Below, piece after piece: positions 17,172-20,000 of a DNA stretch of 20,000 nt (position 1 is the stretch's first letter; the number at the start of each line of letters is the position of its first letter). The notes under the pieces were generated by a model. The model was not told where the DNA came from and ran no database searches. It was given only the letters and a program-made list of their open reading frames with translations. Made by a program: the position numbers and the translations under genes. This DNA comes from an uncultured virus (IMG/VR IMGVR_UViG_3300042465_003390). Its lineage: Duplodnaviria; Heunggongvirae; Uroviricota; Caudoviricetes. The stretch lies in the IMG/VR virus record IMGVR_UViG_3300042465_003390. One strand, given 5' to 3'.

Positions 17172-18386
17172 TTATCCTTTGGTGATGGCGGCGATGTGAT
17201 TGCTGCCCGCTGCAGCCTGTGTCCAGTTAGTCAAGGCACCAACTTGAACAGGGCTAGAACGAGAAACGCGGTCATTTTGACCAAGTTGGCCACTGCCGTT
17301 GCCCCCCCAAGCCCAAAGAGTACCGTCGGTCTTAACGGCGGCGCAGAAAGAATAACCTGCGGACACCTGCGCCCAGTTTGCAAGCGCGCCAATTTGAACG
17401 GGGCTGGACTTATTTGAAACTGTGCCATCCCCAAGGCGGCCACTGTCACCAGACCCCCAAGCCCAAAGAGTGCCGTCAGTTTTTACAGCGAGTGGGTTTT
17501 GTTCACCCAATCCGACTTTTGACCAGTTTGTAAGTGCCCCAACTTGAACAGGGCTGGAACGGTTGATGACAGTGCCATCGCCAACCGCGCCGTTGTTGTT
17601 CGCACCCCAAGCCCAAATAGTACCGTCGGTTTTTACCGCGACTGAATTAAATGTCCCCGCAGCAACCCGCGCCCAATTTGTAAGAGATCCAACTTGAACC
17701 GGACTGGATTTACTTATAACAGTTCCATCTCCCAAGCGGCCATTACCGCCAAGACCCCAAGCATACAAAGCGCCCGCAGAAGTCACGGCAAGCGTGTGAA
17801 AAGCCCCGCAAGCCCCAGACGCCCAATTTGTTAAAGCACCAATTTGAACGGGACTGTTTCTGTCTGTTGTGCCGTTGTCCCCTAGTTGACCGTAAGCATT
17901 GTCCCCCCACGTCCACAGTGTACCGTCCGTTTTTGTGGCAAAACTATGTTGCTTTCCTGCGCTGGGAATTGACCAGTTTGTTAGAGCGCCAATTTGCACA
18001 GGGCTGGAGCGGTTGGCGAAGGTTCCATCGCCGAGCTGGCCGTTATTGTTTAAACCCCAACTCCAGATCGTGTTGTCTGTTTTTACAGAAACAAAATGAT
18101 TTGCTTCACAGCCTGAGCCAATAACAGACCAGTTTGTAAGAGAACCAATTTGAACGGGGCTAGAGCGGTTGATGATATTGTTTTGGGCGAGTTGGCCAAC
18201 GCCATTACTGCCCCACGCATAAAGCTCCCTCGGCAACACAGGCTTCGGCCAAGTATCAGACTTCTCACCAGCCAAGACATCCGCCAGCGTCCAGACGCCA
18301 GACGCGCTGCCGCCCTCCCCGTCAACAGGCGGAGTGATCGTCGGTGGGGTCTTGCTGATTACGCCGCCGGGATACCGCTCGGACAT
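17172..18386 (-). CDS. RCC1-repeat 7-bladed beta-propeller with N-terminal phage tail-type module (probable virion appendage/adhesin)
   Basis: Seven ~50-aa repeats (LWAWG.N..GQLGDGT..NRSSPVQ.G.LTNW..V.AG..H..A.KTDG). N-terminal YPGG.I....P......SASGVWTL.......WP segment. Confidence 0.9.
   Translation of the reverse strand: MSERYPGGVISKTPPTITPPVDGEGGSASGVWTLADVLAGEKSDTWPKPVLPRELYAWGSNGVGQLAQNNIINRSSPVQIGSLTNWSVIGSGCEANHFVSVKTDNTIWSWGLNNNGQLGDGTFANRSSPVQIGALTNWSIPSAGKQHSFATKTDGTLWTWGDNAYGQLGDNGTTDRNSPVQIGALTNWASGACGAFHTLAVTSAGALYAWGLGGNGRLGDGTVISKSSPVQVGSLTNWARVAAGTFNSVAVKTDGTIWAWGANNNGAVGDGTVINRSSPVQVGALTNWSKVGLGEQNPLAVKTDGTLWAWGSGDSGRLGDGTVSNKSSPVQIGALANWAQVSAGYSFCAAVKTDGTLWAWGGNGSGQLGQNDRVSRSSPVQVGALTNWTQAAAGSNHIAAITKG
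17175..18227 (-). repeat. 7 x ~150-nt coding tandem repeat (RCC1 blades)
   Basis: Recurring plus-strand blocks such as ccaagcccaaa(g/t)agt(a/g)ccgtc and ccaa(c/t)ttgaac at 150-nt spacing. Confidence 0.9.
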
Positions 18387-18389
18387 GAC

Positions 18390-18821
18390 TTACAGGCCCA
18401 GCGCATCCAGCTCGTCATGCGTAGCCGCAGCCGTGATGGCCACGATGTTCGCATCGCGAGTCGCCTTGGCAGCCGCAGCAACGGCGGCATCGTAGAAGTC
18501 ATCCGGGTTGTCGTTGACCTCCTTCGCCGCCTCGGCGTTCACGACTGCGGTATAGGCAGCCTTCTGCGCCGAGATGAGCATCTCCTGACGCTCCTCGACG
18601 CTCACCTCGCGCGAACCCCAAACAATCTGCGCAGGTTCTGCGTCGATGTTGAAGTGGTGCGCGGTGTAAATCTCGCGGTTCGGGACGATGTCGGGGTGAA
18701 CCTCGACAGCCTCACGCCAGCCGGGCTCAGACGCCAGCTTGTCAGCCGACGGCTTGTAGTCCCAGACGTCCGTAACCTGACCGTTCTTGACCCGAATCCA
18801 GAAGCCCGTTTTCGTAGGCAT
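18390..18821 (-). CDS. Putative tail fibre assembly/accessory protein (143 aa)
   Basis: AAGGAG SD 7 nt upstream. Beta-rich N-terminal half, helical Ala-rich C-terminal half ending AITAAATHDELDAL, which resembles the tails of phage tail-assembly/DUF4376-like proteins. Confidence 0.55.
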   Translation of the reverse strand: MPTKTGFWIRVKNGQVTDVWDYKPSADKLASEPGWREAVEVHPDIVPNREIYTAHHFNIDAEPAQIVWGSREVSVEERQEMLISAQKAAYTAVVNAEAAKEVNDNPDDFYDAAVAAAAKATRDANIVAITAAATHDELDALGL

Positions 18822-20000
18822 GCTGAAGCTCCTTTTTCAATTCCCCAAAGACTGTCGTCCAGTCCCCATGTCCACTCTGACGGAAGAGGCGAACGCTGTC
18901 GTACCACTCCGTCCGCTGTCCCGGCTTAGCCCAAAGATAATACGGCAACACCGGAACCACAATCCATGTCGGAACGCCCATGGCACCAGCCAAGTGAGCC
19001 ACCGATGTGCATGACGATATCACAAGATTGCAAGATGCAACAGCCGAAGCTGTGTCCGACCACGAAGAAAGGTTCAACTCCCGAACCCACGCGGGCCGAT
19101 GTTGCGCGCCCTCGTCACGCTGCAGGCTGACATACTCGACATCCAAGCCCCGCACCGCGTTAAAGAGAAGCTGCGCCGGGAAGAGCCGATGCTGCTGATG
19201 CTCGAACTCGGGGTTGCCCTGCCAGCGCAAGCCGATCCGCAGCTTGGCACCTTTCGTGCGCGGGCGCGGCAGATAGGCCGACCCGTCGATGTCCTTGTAC
19301 TGCCACCGCATGGGCAGGCTGGCCGTCATGCTGGGCAGCCAGAAGTCATGCACCACGCCGAAGGCAGCCTCGTGCTGGATGACCATGTCCACGCCCTCGG
19401 CCTGACGTGCCACCAAGGCCAGCGGCCCGGAGCAGGCCACGATCACCTGATTGCCGCGCTTCTTCAACTCGCGGGCAAAGCGCAGGCCGTGGATCTGGTC
19501 GCCCAAGCCCGCCTCAAGGTTCAAGAGCGCGGTGCCGACCTGCTGCCCATCCCAGAGCGGTGTCGGCACTTTCGGTGCCTCGTTTCCGAAAACCTTCTCG
19601 ATCCGGCCACGCTCAAGGAGCATCATGCCGTCGTGCAGGTGGCCCTTACGCATCTCGTACCAGCCGCGATTGAAGGCCGCGCGATGGTTCTTCGGCTCCT
19701 TGATCGCCAGCTCCTGAGCAATCTCCTCGCCGCGCTTGAAGTCTCCGATGATCCCGGCGGCAAGCTGCATGTCGAGCGGGTGGATCATCTCGGTCGTCAG
19801 CGGCTTCTCACGCCAGAAGCAGGGCTGCACGAAGTTCTGGCGCATGTGCTGGAGGATGTCGGCGGAGTCTTCGTTGTGACGCTTGGCCAGCTTCGGTGCC
19901 ACCGTGTGCAGCCCCGGCACCTGCCAGATTTCCTCGTCGCGCTCCTTGGGGGCGTGCTCGTCAAGGTGGTTGAAGTCGTAGTCGAAGTCGCTGATCTCAA
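18742..20000 (-). CDS. 5'-truncated fusion: sulfotransferase-like C-terminal segment + TPR-like helices + GT9-like (heptosyltransferase-family, GT-B) glycosyltransferase
   Basis: The frame is open to the window edge: EISDFDYDFNHLDEHAPKERDEEIWQVPGLHTVAPKL...QPCFW resembles a sulfotransferase C-terminus. It continues with EPKNHRAAFNRGWYEMRKG (TPR-like), P.WDG, EAGLGDQIHGLRF, RIGLRWQGNP, VSLQ and DTASAVASCNLVISSCTSVAHLAGAMGVPTW. Confidence 0.8.
   Translation of the reverse strand, partial: EISDFDYDFNHLDEHAPKERDEEIWQVPGLHTVAPKLAKRHNEDSADILQHMRQNFVQPCFWREKPLTTEMIHPLDMQLAAGIIGDFKRGEEIAQELAIKEPKNHRAAFNRGWYEMRKGHLHDGMMLLERGRIEKVFGNEAPKVPTPLWDGQQVGTALLNLEAGLGDQIHGLRFARELKKRGNQVIVACSGPLALVARQAEGVDMVIQHEAAFGVVHDFWLPSMTASLPMRWQYKDIDGSAYLPRPRTKGAKLRIGLRWQGNPEFEHQQHRLFPAQLLFNAVRGLDVEYVSLQRDEGAQHRPAWVRELNLSSWSDTASAVASCNLVISSCTSVAHLAGAMGVPTWIVVPVLPYYLWAKPGQRTEWYDSVRLFRQSGHGDWTTVFGELKKELQHAYENGLLDSGQERSGYGRLGLQAVG

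Noticed and set aside
17175..18227. Regularly spaced DNA repeats as a possible CRISPR array or DGR template/variable repeat pair
   Set aside because: They are degenerate in-frame 150-nt RCC1 coding repeats with differences at all bases. There are no unique spacers, no adenine-specific pattern and no reverse transcriptase in the window.
1..20000. Alternative genetic code, tRNA/rRNA genes, integrase or transposase
   Set aside because: TAA, TAG and TGA all end genes at sensible boundaries, coding density is near complete under the standard code, and no such RNA genes or mobility motifs were seen.

Overview
The window is a 20 kb piece of a tailed dsDNA phage genome with podovirus-like morphogenesis synteny. 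Every credible gene is on the minus strand and they are tightly packed or overlapping. In reading order (right to left) there are four blocks. (i) A glycan island mixed with tail-accessory genes: a 5'-truncated sulfotransferase-like/TPR/GT9-like fusion, a small tail-assembly-like protein, a 7-bladed RCC1 propeller with a phage N-terminal module, a GT25 glycosyltransferase, then HldC-like nucleotidyltransferase, cupin, HldA-like kinase, small HAD phosphatase, TagD-like cytidylyltransferase and HldD epimerase. Together these are most of an NDP-heptose pathway. (ii) A tail nozzle/stabilisation protein and a small virion protein. (iii) An orphan disordered ORF and a lysis cassette with small membrane proteins, a signal-peptide thermonuclease and a GH19 endolysin. 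(iv) Putative internal/ejection proteins and a GNAT-like protein, ending in a >886 aa HEXXH protein that runs off the left edge and is absent from the ORF track. The best candidate for a new system is a phage-encoded heptose synthesis plus glycosyl/sulfo-transfer module embedded in the tail genes, possibly for virion glycosylation. All family calls come from motif recognition by eye; no database search was run.
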